Assembly: GCA_001662655.1 (NCBI GenBank)
Contig: KV460230.1
Source: Pseudogymnoascus verrucosus
Lineage: Eukaryota
Direction: 5' to 3' (one strand)
Length of the DNA stretch: 64,000 bases
Shown here: positions 63,431 to 64,000 of the stretch, piece by piece
Layout: every line of letters begins with the position of its first letter
Numbering within the stretch: the first letter of the stretch is position 1
The notes under the pieces: generated by a model
The model's input: only the letters and a program-made list of their open reading frames with translations
Database searches by the model: none
What the model was told of the DNA's origin: nothing
Translations under genes and position numbers: made by a program

Positions 63431-64000
63431 CCGTGAGATGAGCGCCTAGTTACATCGTCTCGCCGCCAAAAGCCATAGCTCCCCGGACCCGGACACGCAC
63501 AGTCTCACTACTGCTGTACGCTCCCGCCAGCCGCCGCCCCTCACAATAATTGCTCCTCCATCTGATCTACTTTCGCCAGGCGCCCTTAGCTTCCTCCTCT
63601 CTGGCCGCGACACGCGACCTCTTCTCTGTCGCCGTTAGCGGATCTTCTTCTATACTTTACCTTTCTCCAGGTCCATCTATCATCTACTGTACTCTGTATA
63701 GTAACTCTGGACGTCCGTATACTCCCAAGGCGCTACCGACGTCGCCTCTGTACGCTTCGGCTCTGCATCGACAATTCGATCCACCGCCCGCTGCTAACTG
63801 TTGCTTGAAATCCCCACCATCCGTCCCGTCTACGATAAGAGGCATCTATCACAGCGATCTCTCTCAATTACTGCTGGCGCAGGCAGGTCCGTAACAATTC
63901 ACATCATACCTCTTCTTCCTCCATCATGCTGATTCTGTATTTAGGCGGAGATCCGATTCATAGCTCCCCCCGGAAATTCTCCGGCCTGTAACATCCCGCG

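Overview
Eukaryotic DNA from a filamentous ascomycete (Pezizomycotina): short GT-AG introns with CTAAC/CTGAC-type branch sites, Zn2Cys6 regulators, and no operons, rRNA, tRNA or CRISPR that I can see. About 18 protein-coding genes are supported. The right part (about 31-61 kb) is mostly conserved housekeeping genes: SMC2, a PaaI-type thioesterase, a MOSC protein, OLE1, an atypical kinase, Lon/PIM1, BRO1, MDJ1 and a SAP30-like gene. The left part looks more accessory: two Zn2Cys6 factors, a zinc-finger gene built from a duplicated module, a stand-alone RNase H next to a perfect 66-bp palindrome, RTA1, an AIF/AMID-like flavoprotein, and an Ndt80-family factor followed by a ~9.5 kb gene-poor region. 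The most notable element is an intronless, orphan flavin-dependent halogenase (28676-30577). It resembles the Zn-binding MalA class, has no NRPS/PKS or tailoring cluster in the window, and has a probable RIP-mutated relic just upstream. All identifications come from motif recognition and memory of the families; no database search was run.
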